NCBI GenBank assembly: GCA_002313515.1
Contig: DCBQ01000005.1
Coordinates: forward strand, 16,240 to 80,239
DNA: 64,000 nucleotides
Reading direction: 5' to 3'
Source of the DNA: Candidatus Saccharibacteria bacterium UBA1103
GTDB taxonomy: Bacteria; Patescibacteriota; Saccharimonadia; Saccharimonadales; Saccharimonadaceae
Position 1 is the stretch's first letter; each line of letters starts with the position of its first letter. The translations under genes and the position numbers were made by a program. Positions 52,804 through 60,967 of the stretch are shown piece by piece. Below the pieces are notes generated by a model. It searched no databases and was not told where the DNA came from. It saw only the letters and a list, made by a program, of their open reading frames with translations.

Positions 52804-52931
52804 CTTTCTCCTTGGTGTGGAGGGTAGGCGTTTACGCCGGGTGAGGCGGTTGCTTTAGCGCCCCCTACAGGGGGTTAGAGTATTTACACTATCGCCAGTT
52901 GGGTCCACCTCCTCTTTAAGGAGGAGGTATG
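52804..52931. repeat. Composite cluster of at least 3 palindromic elements between convergent thrS and the RCC1 gene
   Basis: ..GGAGGGTAGGCG-TTTA-CGCCGGGTGAGG.. is near-identical to 61050-61075. Also CCCCCT-ACA-GGGGGT and CCACCTCCTC-TTTAA-GGAGGAGGT. Confidence 0.7.
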
Positions 52932-52949
52932 AGCTGTGAATGTACTATG

Positions 52950-54422
52950 CTAAATTCCAGTATTCGGCGCAGCAATAGTTGGCTTCGAATCTACACTATT
53001 AGTCGCTGGCTTGGGTTCTGGTAATGAGGTCTTATCGATATACTCATAACCATCTTTTAATACAGTCTTATGCCCTTCGCTATCGGTAATGGTTACGTCA
53101 ACCTTGCCGGCAGCGTGAGCAGGAACGGTGACCTCGATAGTATTGCTGTCTTTGATGGTGTAGTTGGCTTTATTAATACCGAATTTAATTGCAGTGATAT
53201 CGTCGTAATTGAGGTGGGTGATACGATTGCTAACGTTGGTTGGGTTGAATACGCTGGCTTTGTCGTCATTGGCGTTTAATAGATACCAATCATTATTGCC
53301 GGCACTAATGATGCTACCGTTGGTTGCCAGAGCCATTGTTGCCCTTGAACTTGAATCGGTTTGCAAGCCTGAGTTTTTCCAGGCTGTCGTAACATCGACC
53401 GGATTGGCTGTAGTAGTGCTGGACGTAGATATTCCATATTGACCATAGGTGTTATCGCCCCAAGCTAAATAGCGGCCGTCGCTAGTTTCAGCGACATAAT
53501 AACCATTACCGACATGAATATGCCTAATTGTTGCATTATCAAATAGACTATTCAATTCAATTGGCGTATTGGGCGCTTTATCGTCAGCAGTGAGTCCTAG
53601 GCTGGTCGGATTACCTAGACTATAGAGTCTACCGTTCTCGTCAATAAAGTAGGTGCTGTCCCAGCTTGCTGCGGTGCTCATTATCTTATCATTTGCAAAA
53701 TAGCTAGATATGTCTGTTAGCGTGTTTTGCGAACCCCAGCTTGGAACTAGATTGCCATACCGATTGCTATTATTAGCGCCCGCCACTAAAACGCGGCCTT
53801 TGGTAGTGGTAATTATTAGCCCACAGTCTCCGCTGCATGCAGAAGCAATTTGCTCATTGTCCTTTAGCTGGTTATTTATGGTTGCTGGTGTTTTATTATC
53901 GCCAGTGCGTCCGTCGACCCCGTAGTAGTCAGAGCCCCATGTATATACAGAACCTCTATCGGTTATGGCAACCATGGTGGAGCCAACATAAAGTTGTCTA
54001 ATTCTACTATCAAACTTATCTGTAATATTAATAGGTTTGCGTGACCAGGTGGTGTCGCCCGTGGCGAGTTGGCCGGAATAGTTCTGTCCCCATGCCCAAA
54101 TGTGTCCATTGCTAGTAGTGGCGAAGAAGGAGTTGACTGATGTGGCGTATAGTTTGTCTACGGTGTCGCCGCCAAATTGGTCAGTGATATCAACGGGACT
54201 TAGATAATATGCGCACTGTTCTAGCCTATCGGGTGTACATTGATCGTTTGGGTAGGTTATACCTTCGTTGTTGGGAGTATAAATGGCGGCGGCATCGCCC
54301 CATATATAGACATGGTCGTCCTCAGATAGGGCAACCACATCGATGCCGTTATGGGCGAATTGTTTAATCTTTTTCTGCTTAGTAAATCCTTCACCCTTAA
54401 TGGTAAGGGTATTTTCTGCCAT
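52950..54422 (-). CDS. RCC1-repeat (beta-propeller) protein with a C-terminal IPT/TIG domain
   Basis: Repeated ..W(G/A)xNxxGQLG.. blades (e.g. VYIWGDAA, IWAWGQNYSGQLATGD, VYTWGSDYYGVDG, LAWGDNTYGQYG) and an IPT-like ..TIEVTVPAHAAGKVDVTITDSEG... ATG at 54422; the track start 54479 is a GTG. Confidence 0.65.
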   Translation of the reverse strand: MAENTLTIKGEGFTKQKKIKQFAHNGIDVVALSEDDHVYIWGDAAAIYTPNNEGITYPNDQCTPDRLEQCAYYLSPVDITDQFGGDTVDKLYATSVNSFFATTSNGHIWAWGQNYSGQLATGDTTWSRKPINITDKFDSRIRQLYVGSTMVAITDRGSVYTWGSDYYGVDGRTGDNKTPATINNQLKDNEQIASACSGDCGLIITTTKGRVLVAGANNSNRYGNLVPSWGSQNTLTDISSYFANDKIMSTAASWDSTYFIDENGRLYSLGNPTSLGLTADDKAPNTPIELNSLFDNATIRHIHVGNGYYVAETSDGRYLAWGDNTYGQYGISTSSTTTANPVDVTTAWKNSGLQTDSSSRATMALATNGSIISAGNNDWYLLNANDDKASVFNPTNVSNRITHLNYDDITAIKFGINKANYTIKDSNTIEVTVPAHAAGKVDVTITDSEGHKTVLKDGYEYIDKTSLPEPKPATNSVDSKPTIAAPNTGI

Positions 54423-54645
54423 TAATTGACCCACTGGTTTGTGATAGCGATGAGATGGACAGAGCAGAAGAGACACCACTGAAGCTCTGGCTTAAGCAAA
54501 TGATGCCAGCAGTAGCTGCTAGACCGGCAACGCTCAGCCCATATCTAACTTTACGTTTAATCCCGATAGATAATTTCCGATACTTATTTACGGTCCTATA
54601 ATCTTTAGCTATAGAACCAATGTCATTGAGCTTTTTGTGTCTCAT
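54397..54645 (-). CDS. Signal-peptide-only ORF, probably the detached 5' end of the RCC1 gene (frame-split)
   Basis: SD AAGGAG. MRHKK..NKYRKLSIGIKRKVRYGLSVAGLAATAGIICL is a Gram-positive type (YSIRK-reminiscent) signal peptide. It overlaps 52950-54479 in a different frame. Confidence 0.4.
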   Translation of the reverse strand: MRHKKLNDIGSIAKDYRTVNKYRKLSIGIKRKVRYGLSVAGLAATAGIICLSQSFSGVSSALSISSLSQTSGSINGRKYPYH

Positions 54646-54703
54646 ATCTCACCACTCCTTTGTATTTATATTACTGTTCCTGTTCGAGCCCATTATTTTT
54701 TGT

Positions 54704-54750
54704 AACCCTCCCGATTGCCTACGGCAATCTGCCCTCCCCTTGGGCGGGAC
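54704..54750 (-). repeat. Two-hairpin palindromic element, (-) copy, hybrid stem
   Basis: AACCCTCCCG ATTGCC-TAC-GGCAAT CTG CCCTCCCC-TTG-GGCGGGAC. Confidence 0.75.
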
Positions 54751-54888
54751 TATGGCTTCATTTAAAACGTACTAAACAAAAAATGGACACCGCAGCAGGG
54801 TGTTCGAAGTCCTTTGTAGTCAACTTGTCTCTAGTAGATTAGCACTAAAGCTAATATTGGAGCTGCGATGCCCAATGCTTAGCTTAAA

Positions 54889-54897
54889 TGTTAAAAT
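54889..54897 (+). promoter_or_regulatory. Extended -10 box (TGtTAAAAT) with no ORF downstream; candidate sRNA promoter
   Basis: TGTTAAAAT lies ~95 nt upstream of the terminator-like hairpin at 54986. Confidence 0.3.
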
Positions 54898-54985
54898 CCC
54901 TAAAAATTGCTACCAAAAATTGGTTGGCTAAATACTTCGAACACTTTTAATGTGTCAAACACTAGCGTAATATGTCAATAGATAA

Positions 54986-55027
54986 AACTTCCGGAAGCCA
55001 CCCAAAGCATCCGGAAGTTTCGTTCTT
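54986..55027 (+). terminator. Terminator-like hairpin upstream of the miaA promoter
   Basis: AACTTCCGG, a 16-nt loop, CCGGAAGTT, followed by TCGTTCTT. Confidence 0.4.
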
Positions 55028-55033
55028 GAGAGC

Positions 55034-55042
55034 TGATATAAT
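55034..55042 (+). promoter_or_regulatory. Extended -10 box (TGaTATAAT), 6 nt upstream of miaA ATG; leaderless
   Basis: TGATATAAT-AGGGAT-ATG. Confidence 0.6.
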
Positions 55043-55048
55043 AGGGAT

Positions 55049-55963
55049 ATGGAAGAAAATTCGGTCTTGCCGCTAATTGTAATATTGGGGCCGACGGCCA
55101 GTGGTAAGTCGGCGGTAGCGATTAAATTGGCGCAAACACTGGGCGGCGAAATTATTTGTGCAGATAGTCGTACGGTTTATAAAGGTATGAATATTGGCAC
55201 AGCCAAACCGACCGCCGAGGAAATGCAGGGTGTGCCGCATTGGGCACTAGACTTAATCGAGCCGAATCAGCGGTTTACGTTGTATGATTTTCAACGATAT
55301 ACCTGGCAGAAGATTAATGAAATTCGATCGCGCGGCCATGTGCCGATGTTGGTGGGTGGTAGCGGCCTATATATTGATTGTACTTTATACAACTATGAGT
55401 TGACTAATAACGAAGTGGATCTTAGACGTCGAGCTGAGCTAGAACGGATGTCCAACGAGGAACTAGTACAAAAAATACAACAAAAAGGCCTGGAGCTGCC
55501 TCGTGATATTCACAACAAACGGCGCCTGGTGCGAGCGCTGGAGCTTGGTAGAATTAACCACACTCGGTCACCACGACGCCACGATGCTATTGTGGTGGGA
55601 ATTAAAACGGATTTAGTGACGCTAAAGCAACGGATTGCTGGACGTGGTGAAACTATGCTGCGGCAGGGGTTGGTTGACGAAGTTACAACATTAAATCGAC
55701 ACTATGGCGACGTGGAGCCATTGAAGCGCAATATCTATGGCGTGGTTAAAAAATATTTACGTGGTGAAATTGACTATGAACAAATTTCCGATGAAATAAC
55801 GAAGGTCGACTACCATCTAGCGCGCAAACAGTTGACGTATTGGCGCGGGGCGGCACGAGCTAAGGATATTTGGTGGCTACCCCTGCAAAGTGTTGCAGAG
55901 CTAACAACGTATAACTGTAGTGAACTAATGCGCATGTACTTGGATAATATTGAACAATTATAG
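55049..55963 (+). CDS. miaA: tRNA dimethylallyltransferase
   Basis: 304 aa. P-loop ILGPTASGKSAVAI and ..ICADSRTVYKGMNIGTAKPT.. are typical MiaA motifs. Confidence 0.9.
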   Translation: MEENSVLPLIVILGPTASGKSAVAIKLAQTLGGEIICADSRTVYKGMNIGTAKPTAEEMQGVPHWALDLIEPNQRFTLYDFQRYTWQKINEIRSRGHVPMLVGGSGLYIDCTLYNYELTNNEVDLRRRAELERMSNEELVQKIQQKGLELPRDIHNKRRLVRALELGRINHTRSPRRHDAIVVGIKTDLVTLKQRIAGRGETMLRQGLVDEVTTLNRHYGDVEPLKRNIYGVVKKYLRGEIDYEQISDEITKVDYHLARKQLTYWRGAARAKDIWWLPLQSVAELTTYNCSELMRMYLDNIEQL

Positions 55964-56000
55964 GCAGTGTGGTATCCTACTATCAGGAGTAAAAATAGAA

Positions 56001-56654
56001 ATGATTGATTCGCTGTTTGGTTCACGTACCAGGGTAAAGCTACTCGGATTGTTTATGAACAATCCGGGGCGGTCGTTTTACGTACGGGAAATAACGCGCA
56101 ACATCGGCGAACAAATTAACAGTGTGCGGCGCGAGCTGGCGAATCTGGTGGAAATCGGCATTATTAAATCGCGTTCAGTGGACAATCGTTTGTATTATGA
56201 GGTGGACACGGAATTCAAGTTTTATAAACCACTGCGCGAGATGTTTGCGGATGCTGACGATGTGGTGTCGGGTGCGAAGGTCTCGGAAACTGCTTGGGCG
56301 GATAAATTCCGTAGTATCGAGGGCATCAAAGAGGTTATCTTTGCTGGATGCATGGTGTACGAATCAAAGTCACCAATCGACCTACTAATCGCTGGCGACC
56401 GCACCATGAGCCAAGCTAAGCTAAAAAATTTGATCAAGCAGCTGGAGCGTGAAAATGGTACTTCGCTAAATTATTCAATCCTAAGCTATGATGATTTCTA
56501 TTATCGCCTGAGTATACGAGACAAATTTGTGCTAGATGTGCTAGAATCTAAACATATAAACGTGCTGGATGAAGCAGGGGTGTTGAGTGAGTTCCCCGGG
56601 GTGGACGATGCGGCAGATAAGGATGATGGTCCAGAGAAGGAGGATGACAACTAA
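56001..56654 (+). CDS. Winged-helix (ArsR/MarR-like) DNA-binding protein with a C-terminal domain of unknown function
   Basis: Start moved to MIDSLFGSRTRVKLLGLF (AGGAG upstream). ..FYVREITRNIGEQINSVRRELANLVEIGIIKS.. is a wHTH pattern. Confidence 0.5.
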   Translation: MIDSLFGSRTRVKLLGLFMNNPGRSFYVREITRNIGEQINSVRRELANLVEIGIIKSRSVDNRLYYEVDTEFKFYKPLREMFADADDVVSGAKVSETAWADKFRSIEGIKEVIFAGCMVYESKSPIDLLIAGDRTMSQAKLKNLIKQLERENGTSLNYSILSYDDFYYRLSIRDKFVLDVLESKHINVLDEAGVLSEFPGVDDAADKDDGPEKEDDN

Positions 56655-57301
56655 TGGAGATTGACTATAAGGGCGCGAACTGCGTGGTGATTAAGCTAAA
56701 GAACGCTACGGTTGTAACCGATCCAACCCCTAATGTGAATGTTAAAAAAGAGCTAAACGACCCAACGGCGGTGGTACTGGCCACGCAAACCGATTTTGCG
56801 CCGATGGAGGACAGTGTTAAGAGCTTTATTATCGATATGCCGGGCGAGTATGAACATAAGGACATTAGCGTGCGTGGTATTCCGGTCAAGGCGCATCTAG
56901 CCAGCGACGAGAGTGCACAGGGTGCTACGATATACAGTATTCACGCCGACGGACTACGCATTGCCGTATTTGGTCATACGGTAGCGCCGATTGAGGATGA
57001 TGACCTAGAGGAGTTGGGGCTAATCGATATTGCCATTATTCCGGTGGGTGGCAACGGCTATACCCTGGACGCGCGAGATGCAGCGGCCATTGTGCGCAAG
57101 ATTAACCCGGCCCCGAAAATCGTGATTCCGACGCACTATGACGATGGCGTCACTAAATATGAGGTAACACAGGACGGTCTAGCGGACTTTGAGAAAGAGT
57201 GGGGTGGCAACGTCGAGAAGCAGACGGTGCTGAAGCTAAAGGATGTTAGCAAACTGCCCGCCGACAAGACTACGGTAGTTGAACTGACGGTCAGTAAGTA
57301 G
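56654..57301 (+). CDS. MBL-fold/UlaG-like hydrolase homolog; canonical HxHxDH not evident
   Basis: 215 aa. ..VVTDPTP.., ..IAVFGHTV.. and ..IPVGGNGYTLDARDAAAIV..PTHYDD resemble Lactamase_B_3-type proteins. Weak call. Confidence 0.4.
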   Translation: MEIDYKGANCVVIKLKNATVVTDPTPNVNVKKELNDPTAVVLATQTDFAPMEDSVKSFIIDMPGEYEHKDISVRGIPVKAHLASDESAQGATIYSIHADGLRIAVFGHTVAPIEDDDLEELGLIDIAIIPVGGNGYTLDARDAAAIVRKINPAPKIVIPTHYDDGVTKYEVTQDGLADFEKEWGGNVEKQTVLKLKDVSKLPADKTTVVELTVSK

Positions 57302-57392
57302 ACACCTTAATTTTGGACGCCGCTAAACTTGACAGGGTCGCCCGATATGCGGTAAAATGAACCAGAGTAACTTATAAAGGAGATATTTTAAT

Positions 57393-57599
57393 ATGGCACG
57401 ATGTCAAATCACTGGCAAGGGTGCGATGACTGGCAATAACGTCAGCTTCTCGATGCGCCACACCAAGCGTACCTTCAAGCCAAATCTACAGAAGAAGACC
57501 TTCTACGTGAACGGTCAGAAGGTTAAACTGCTAGTGGCCGCCAGCACCATTAAGACCTTGCGTAAGAAGGGCTTTACCACTCAGCCAACCGCTGAATAA
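57393..57599 (+). CDS. rpmB: 50S ribosomal protein L28
   Basis: [35 protein letters not shown]... SD AAAGGAG. Confidence 0.9.
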   Translation: MARCQITGKGAMTGNNVSFSMRHTKRTFKPNLQKKTFYVNGQKVKLLVAASTIKTLRKKGFTTQPTAE

Positions 57600-57607
57600 T
57601 TAACACC

Positions 57608-57628
57608 ATCTCTGTCGTTGGCAGAGAT
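57608..57628 (+). terminator. Hairpin after rpmB (weak terminator candidate)
   Basis: ATCTCTG-TCGTTGG-CAGAGAT. No clear T-run. Confidence 0.35.
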
Positions 57629-57703
57629 ACAAAATCCAGAGGATTTGCCGTCCTGTAATACAGGGTCGGTGGAGGCAATCAGCCGTATCCTCTGGATTTT
57701 TGT
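57629..57703. repeat. Structured inverted-repeat element, family C, copy 2
   Basis: 16-bp outer stem ACAAAATCCAGAGGAT/ATCCTCTGGATTTTTGT encloses CCGTCCTGT-AAT-ACAGGGTCGG and GAGGCAATCAGCCGTATCCT. Confidence 0.65.
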
Positions 57704-57728
57704 ATTGAGGCGGCGTTCAGCCTCAGTC

Positions 57729-57737
57729 TGCTATAAT
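57729..57737 (+). promoter_or_regulatory. Extended -10 box (TGcTATAAT), 6 nt upstream of ATG 57744; leaderless
   Basis: TGCTATAATATAACCATG is identical to the thrS promoter/start 18-mer. Confidence 0.65.
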
Positions 57738-57743
57738 ATAACC

Positions 57744-58424
57744 ATGAGTGGAGCGGATTCGAAATCGACCATTATTATTCTGGCGGTAGTATTTGTGGTG
57801 ACGCTATTGTCGATGATTCTACACGAGCTAATGCACGGCTTGACCGCGTATTGGTTGGGCGATGATACAGCGAAAGAAGAGGGGCGGTTGACCCTTAATC
57901 CGCTCAAACACATCGATCCGTTTCTGACGATACTGCTGCCACTAATCATGGCGGCAACTGGTGGTCCGATTTTTGGTGGCGCTAAACCAGTGCCCTTTAA
58001 CCCTAGTCGTGTCCGCGGCGGTGAGTGGGGCGCGGCACTGGTGGGAATTGCCGGGCCACTGACGAATCTAGTTCTGGCCTTTATCTTTTATGTCGTCACG
58101 GCGCTGCTGCCGGCGGCGATCGTGCAAAATCCCGTCGGTGAAATTGTTTACCTGTTTTGTCTATATGGTGTACAGGTAAATCTAGGCTTCTTTGCTTTCA
58201 ATATCTTGCCGGTGCCGCCACTTGACGGCTCGCGCTTGCTGTACGCCGTGGCGCCTGAACCGGTACAGCGCTTCATGGATATGATGGAACAGAGCTTGGG
58301 CTTGATTGTAATTTTCTTAATTGTGCTGTTTGCCAGTCCGATTATTGGCCAACTGATGCAGTGGATTATGCAAGGCGTACTGGCTGGATTTAACTTTATA
58401 CTATCACCATTGGGTATAGTTTGA
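57744..58424 (+). CDS. Site-2 protease family (M50) membrane metalloprotease
   Basis: Start moved from 57618 to MSGADSKS. HExxH motif (LHELMHGL), polytopic, ..NILPVPPLDGSRL.. second metal-ligand motif. Confidence 0.75.
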   Translation: MSGADSKSTIIILAVVFVVTLLSMILHELMHGLTAYWLGDDTAKEEGRLTLNPLKHIDPFLTILLPLIMAATGGPIFGGAKPVPFNPSRVRGGEWGAALVGIAGPLTNLVLAFIFYVVTALLPAAIVQNPVGEIVYLFCLYGVQVNLGFFAFNILPVPPLDGSRLLYAVAPEPVQRFMDMMEQSLGLIVIFLIVLFASPIIGQLMQWIMQGVLAGFNFILSPLGIV

Positions 58425-58588
58425 TATAATACAGTTAGCCCCAGGCAGCACAATTATTTCCTAACATCATTAGATACGGGAGTCTTAATGGTATGTTACC
58501 GTGGTAATATATTGCGGACACCCACCTGGATTACCGGGGGATCTAAGACGTGTAGCTGGGGTTCTTGAGATTATTATAGGGGTGGGAT

Positions 58589-59479
58589 TTGCGTCAGAAA
58601 GTTGTAATTAGGGCAGTTGTACATCAGCACGGCAAGGTGCTACTGCTTCGACGTCACGGCGGCCGGCCATCGATTGCCGGTAAGTATGAGTTGCCGGGCG
58701 GGTCACTACATCTGAATGAGCAACCTGTGGACGCGTTAAAGCGCAGCCTACAGATTCATGCCGGTATTGAGCCGGAGTCATATGCTCTGCGAGATGTGGT
58801 AAGTTTTCTTGACCCCGATCGTCGCGATTTGCAGTATACTTTCATCGTATATGATGTGGTCTTACCGAAGGGGCGGGGTTCGCGTGTTACCTTAGATGAC
58901 GAATACCATAATTACATGTGGGCTGACGTCAAGACGGTCAATGGCGGGCTACTGACCAACTCCACTAAAATTATTCTAAACATCGGTACGGATGCCATTG
59001 CTGACCCAGATTTCGTGAAGGTACGGGGTGAGGACGAGCAGAATCTAAAGACCCTGGTGATTCATTCGGATGGCGGTAGTCGCGGCAATCCGGGGCCGAG
59101 TGCTAGTGCCTATGTGATTATGGATACTGATGGCAAGTTGGTGGCGCAGGGCGGCCGCTTCTTGGGTTGGAATGATAGCGGCATGGCGGAATATATTGCG
59201 GTTGAGCTAGCGTTAAAGAAGGCGGCGGAGCTGAAGGCGGAGGTAGTCGAATACTATAGCGATAGTCTAATGGTGGTCAATCAAATCAACGGACTGTTCC
59301 AAGTTAAAAATCCGGAATTTAAGGATGTGCATGACCGTATCATGAAATTGCTATTTAACTTCCGTAGGGTCAAGTTTACCCACGTTCATCGCGAGTATAA
59401 CCGCATTGCCGACAGCCTAGTTAACCGTATTTTGGACGAAAACGAGGGTAGCAATGCCGCCCGCGACTGGAAGGGCTAA
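58589..59479 (+). CDS. Fusion protein: degenerate Nudix domain + RNase HI domain
   Basis: TTG start. The Nudix box reads GGSLHLNEQPVDALKRSLQIHAGI (REUXEE glutamates replaced). The C-terminal RNase H has DEDD residues (HSDGGSRGNPG, AEYIAVE, YSDSLMVV, NRIADSL). Confidence 0.75.
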   Translation: MRQKVVIRAVVHQHGKVLLLRRHGGRPSIAGKYELPGGSLHLNEQPVDALKRSLQIHAGIEPESYALRDVVSFLDPDRRDLQYTFIVYDVVLPKGRGSRVTLDDEYHNYMWADVKTVNGGLLTNSTKIILNIGTDAIADPDFVKVRGEDEQNLKTLVIHSDGGSRGNPGPSASAYVIMDTDGKLVAQGGRFLGWNDSGMAEYIAVELALKKAAELKAEVVEYYSDSLMVVNQINGLFQVKNPEFKDVHDRIMKLLFNFRRVKFTHVHREYNRIADSLVNRILDENEGSNAARDWKG

Positions 59480-59529
59480 TGTCGCACAATGGTGCAAATG
59501 GTAGGTTTGGCAGCGGCGTGCTGATCCTG

Positions 59530-59538
59530 TGTTATAAT
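59530..59538 (+). promoter_or_regulatory. Extended -10 box (TGtTATAAT) for rnpB
   Basis: TGTTATAAT lies 5-7 nt upstream of the predicted P1 5' strand (TGCCAGA). Confidence 0.6.
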
Positions 59539-59542
59539 ACTA

Positions 59543-59912
59543 ACTGCCAGATGGCTAAATGATCGCTGGTGGGGTATGGCCCCGCGAGAGGAAAGTCCGG
59601 GCAGCATAGGGCAACAACAGTCGCTAACGGCGACCGAGGGTGACCTTAGGGAAAGTGCCACAGAAACTTATACCGCCTAGTTATTATCCGTGACGTTTTG
59701 GCGTCGCCGCTAGGTAAGGGTGAAAAGAGTAGGGCAAGAGCCTACAGTGCTATATGGTGACATATAGCAGGGGTAAACCCTGTTGGCTGCAAGGAGGCCA
59801 GGTTACGGGCGACCCGTCCGCTGGCCGATTGAACCGCTAGAGCGCGGTGGCAACGCCGCGAGTAGATAGATGATCATTCACGACAGAACCCGGCTTATCG
59901 GCTGTCTGGCAT
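59543..59912 (+). ncRNA. rnpB: RNase P RNA, bacterial type A
   Basis: Conserved GAGGAAAGTCCGGGC, ..AGGGTGAAA.., ..ACAGAACCCGGCTTA... P1 pairing GCCAGA/TCTGGC. End coordinates are +/-5 nt. Confidence 0.85.
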
Positions 59913-59934
59913 GAAATTATTATAATATTTAATT

Positions 59935-59977
59935 CCTTCTCTTTGACGGAGAGGGGCGCTTGTGCCGGGGCGAGGTT
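59935..59977 (+). repeat. Two-hairpin palindromic element, (+) copy (degenerate), 3' of rnpB
   Basis: CCTTCTCT-TTGAC-GGAGAGG GGCGC-TTGT-GCC GGGGCGAGGTT. Confidence 0.6.
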
Positions 59978-60072
59978 AAGACTAGAAGTGGCTACGTGGT
60001 TATAGCCAACTCTTTATTTTTATGGCTAAGCACTGTATACTATTATTGTAAACATAATACAGAAAGGTAAAA

Positions 60073-60957
60073 ATGGAACTGGCTATAGTAATTATAATTT
60101 TGGTGCTAGCAACGATCATTGCGGGTGCCAAGGTAGTGCGACAGCAAGACGTCGCGATTGTAGAACGTCTAGGTAAGTATAATAAGAGCCTAGGGGCGGG
60201 CTTTCATGTCATTATTCCTTACATTGATCGCGTTGCCGCGACTGTGCCATTACGGGTGCAGCAGAACGATCTGACAGTTGAGACTAAGACTAAGGATAAC
60301 GTGTTCTGTAAAATCGCTGTATCGGTGCAGTACCGGGTTGACCCAACTAAGGTAGAGGATTCTTTCTATAAGCTACAGCGTCCAGTAGCACAGATTGAAT
60401 CATACATCCAGGATGCCGTGCGTAGCGCCGTGCCGAATCTAGAGCTAGATGCCGCCTTTGAGCGTAAGGATGATATTGCGAAGAATGTGCAGGAAACGGT
60501 CAAAGCGGGTATGTCGGACTATGGCTTTATCATTGTCAACACGCTAATTACCGAGGTCAATCCAGATGCTAAGGTGAAGGCCAGTATGAACGAAATTAAC
60601 GCTGCTCAGCGTACCCGGGCGGCGGCGCAAGAGCTAGCAGAGGCCGATCGCATTAAAAAAGTGACGGCGGCTAAGGCGGACGCCGAATCGGCGAAGCTAC
60701 GTGGTGAAGGCTTGGCAGCAGAACGTCAAGCCATCGTGGATGGTCTAGTACGTAGCGTGAAAGGTCTACGCGCCAGTGGTATTTCTGAGGATAACGTTCT
60801 GGTGTTACTGATGCAGAACCAATACATGAATACTATGGAAACGGTAGCTGGTAGCTCGAACAAGGGCGTAATCTTTATGGACAGTGGTGCTGATGCGTCG
60901 GACAATCTGAAGCGTCAGATTCTGCAGGGCATGGAAGCCACTAAGATTAGTCAGTAG
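60073..60957 (+). CDS. SPFH/band-7 (stomatin/prohibitin-like) protein
   Basis: 294 aa. N-terminal TM, ..VVRQQDVAIVERLGKY.., SPFH core and an Ala/Glu-rich coiled coil. Confidence 0.8.
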   Translation: MELAIVIIILVLATIIAGAKVVRQQDVAIVERLGKYNKSLGAGFHVIIPYIDRVAATVPLRVQQNDLTVETKTKDNVFCKIAVSVQYRVDPTKVEDSFYKLQRPVAQIESYIQDAVRSAVPNLELDAAFERKDDIAKNVQETVKAGMSDYGFIIVNTLITEVNPDAKVKASMNEINAAQRTRAAAQELAEADRIKKVTAAKADAESAKLRGEGLAAERQAIVDGLVRSVKGLRASGISEDNVLVLLMQNQYMNTMETVAGSSNKGVIFMDSGADASDNLKRQILQGMEATKISQ

Positions 60958-60967
60958 GCAACTAGCC

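Noticed and set aside
52950-52973. C-terminal ..AAPNTGI-stop of the RCC1 protein as an LPxTG sortase signal.
   Set aside because: No hydrophobic segment or positively charged tail follows in any frame, and the first motif position is Ala. At best it is a truncated remnant; it is mentioned only within the pseudogene finding.
59476-59661. 61-aa minus-strand ORF.
   Set aside because: It overlaps the RNase P RNA gene, whose conserved motifs and P1 pairing explain the sequence.
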